From NCBI GenBank assembly GCA_900314485.1, contig OMVL01000007.1, positions 3,070 through 67,069 on the forward strand: 64,000 bases of DNA. The letters run 5' to 3'. The notes beneath the pieces are model-generated. The model did not search any database. It was given only the letters and a program-made list of their open reading frames with translations, and was not told where the DNA came from. Made by a program: the position numbers and the translations under genes. This DNA is from an uncultured Eubacteriales bacterium. GTDB lineage: Bacteria; Bacillota; Clostridia; Oscillospirales; Oscillospiraceae. Positions 62,317 through 64,000 of the stretch are shown here, in pieces. The first letter of the stretch is position 1, and the number at the start of each line of letters is the position of its first letter.

Positions 62317-62736
62317 ATGTCATTGACTGAAAGAGCTGCCTACCTCCGGGGCCTGGCTGACGGGCTGAAGCTGGGGGAGGATCCCACCGAGGAGGGCAAG
62401 GTGCTGCTGGCCGTTTTGGACGTGCTGGGCGACATTGCCGCCAATGTGGAGGCCAACAATGAGTCCATTTCCTCCCTGGCCGACGAGCTGGACGAGCTGG
62501 ACGACGTGGTGTCCGGCATGGAGGAGGTCCTCCTGGGCGAGGACACCTTCAATGAGGATGAGGACGAAGAAGAGGAGGACGATGAGGAGATCATCGAGTA
62601 CGAGATGGAGTGTCCCGAGTGCGGCAAGCCGGTGGTACTGGATGAGGAGACCATTGAGGAAGGCGAGATCATCTGCCCTCACTGCCGGCAGAAGCTGACC
62701 ATTGACATCGGATTTGAGGACGACGAGGAAGAATAA
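62317..62736 (+). CDS. CD1247-like acidic zinc-ribbon protein
   Basis: ERAAYLRGLADG N-terminus; CPECG and CPHC motifs; follows efp. Confidence 0.8.
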   Translation: MSLTERAAYLRGLADGLKLGEDPTEEGKVLLAVLDVLGDIAANVEANNESISSLADELDELDDVVSGMEEVLLGEDTFNEDEDEEEEDDEEIIEYEMECPECGKPVVLDEETIEEGEIICPHCRQKLTIDIGFEDDEEE

Positions 62737-62855
62737 TGTCTCTCTGCCCTGCGGCATCAAGCCGCAGGGCATTCTTTTGCCGTGAAAAAGGATTGCTAAA
62801 ACCCCGGCAATATGCTATAATAACCCTGATTCTAAATACAAAGGAGACTTCGCCC

Positions 62856-64000
62856 ATGATCTTCAACGAAGAGACTCAGGAACTGCTCTCTCTTGTGCGG
62901 GAGTTTGTCGATAAAGAGATCATCCCCACGGTGGGTGAGTACGAAAAGCGGGACGAATTCCCCGTGGAGCTGCTGGACAAGGCCTGCGCCATGGGGCTGA
63001 ATCAGCTGTGCATCCCCGCCGAGTACGGCGGGCCGGGCCTTTCCAACGTGCAGGTCTTTGCCATTGCCGAACAGATCGCCCGAGGCGACATCGGCGTGGG
63101 CACCACCCTCATTGCCAACGCTCTGGCCTCCTATCCCGTGCTGATCGCCGGTACGGACGCACAGAAAAAGCTGTGGTTTGACACCATGGTGGAGAAGAAG
63201 TTCGCCGCCTTCTGCCTGACCGAGCCCAATGCCGGCTCCGACGCCGGCGGCGTCCAGACCACCGCCGTGGAGGACGGGGACTGCTACGTCATCAACGGCA
63301 CCAAGAGCTTCATCTCCAACGGCCCCATTGCGGGCATCTACACCGTTCTGGCCTCCACCCGGAAGACTGCCGGGATCATGGGCCTGTCCGCCTTCATTGT
63401 CGAGCGGGACCGCCCCGGCGTCTCCATCGGCAAGGAGGAGGACAAGATGGGTATGCGCTTAAGCTGCACCTCCGAGGTCATCTTTGACAACGTCCGCATC
63501 CCCAAGGACCACCTTCTGGGCAAGAAAAACCGTGGCTTTAAGTATATCATGGAGACCCTGGACCACTCCCGTGCGGGCGTGGGCGCATTTGGCGTCGGCA
63601 TCGGCCAGCGAGTCGTTGAGGAGGCCACGAAGTACGCAAAGCAGCGCAAGCAGTTCGGTCAGCCCGTCGCCAACTTCCAGGCGGTGGAGATCATGCTGGC
63701 GGATATGGAGATCCAGGTCCAGGCCGCCCGGCAGATGTACCTCCACGCAGCTGAGCTGATGGACGAGGGCCTGCCCTTTACCATGGAGGCCGCCATTGCC
63801 AAGACCTTCGGCACCGACACCGGCATGAAGTGCGCCGTGGACGGCGTTCAGGTCATGGGCGGCTACGGCTACATGAAGGACTACCCCATGGAGAAGCTGA
63901 TGCGGGATGCCAAGATCCTTCAGATCTACGAGGGCACCAACCAGATCCAGCGCTCCGTCATCGCCGGCCAGCTGAAGAAGAAGTATACCGACGACCCCAA
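62856..64000 (+). CDS. Acyl-CoA dehydrogenase (partial, runs off right edge)
   Basis: AFCLTEPNAGSDA, INGTKSFISNG, EDKMGMR, RKQFGQP, GGYGYMKDYPMEKLMRDAKILQIYEGTNQIQR. Confidence 0.93.
   Translation, partial: MIFNEETQELLSLVREFVDKEIIPTVGEYEKRDEFPVELLDKACAMGLNQLCIPAEYGGPGLSNVQVFAIAEQIARGDIGVGTTLIANALASYPVLIAGTDAQKKLWFDTMVEKKFAAFCLTEPNAGSDAGGVQTTAVEDGDCYVINGTKSFISNGPIAGIYTVLASTRKTAGIMGLSAFIVERDRPGVSIGKEEDKMGMRLSCTSEVIFDNVRIPKDHLLGKKNRGFKYIMETLDHSRAGVGAFGVGIGQRVVEEATKYAKQRKQFGQPVANFQAVEIMLADMEIQVQAARQMYLHAAELMDEGLPFTMEAAIAKTFGTDTGMKCAVDGVQVMGGYGYMKDYPMEKLMRDAKILQIYEGTNQIQRSVIAGQLKKKYTDDP

Overview
Mostly core chromosome of a high-GC Clostridia bacterium, with gene content and synteny typical of Oscillospiraceae-like gut Firmicutes. 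Housekeeping content includes an ABC exporter with MarR regulator, malic enzyme, mntP, tadA, a response regulator-kinase-HtrA operon, murI, pta, lepA, tRNA-Val(GAC), dusB, rpsF-ssb-rpsR, miaA-hfq, yggS-sepF-divIVA-ileS, glgBCDA, a Na/Pi cotransporter, gdhA, tatD, an Ala/Gly symporter, M-box-mgtE, T-box-leuA and efp. No integrase, transposase, phage gene or CRISPR array was seen. The features worth a second look are: (1) a duplicated lepA 5' end around a hairpin-rich insert; (2) a 1718-aa Hhe-like DUF4011 helicase/nuclease whose catalytic motifs all look substituted; (3) a mini ArgRS-like protein lacking the catalytic core, in the usual argS position; (4) an ileS with an out-of-frame C-terminal zinc finger; (5) two dispersed palindromic repeat families; (6) a small XRE/small-protein divergon with twin operators; (7) ANTAR-like leaders on gdhA and the Ala/Gly symporter; (8) several orphan small transcripts. 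All calls come from reading motifs by eye; no database search was run.
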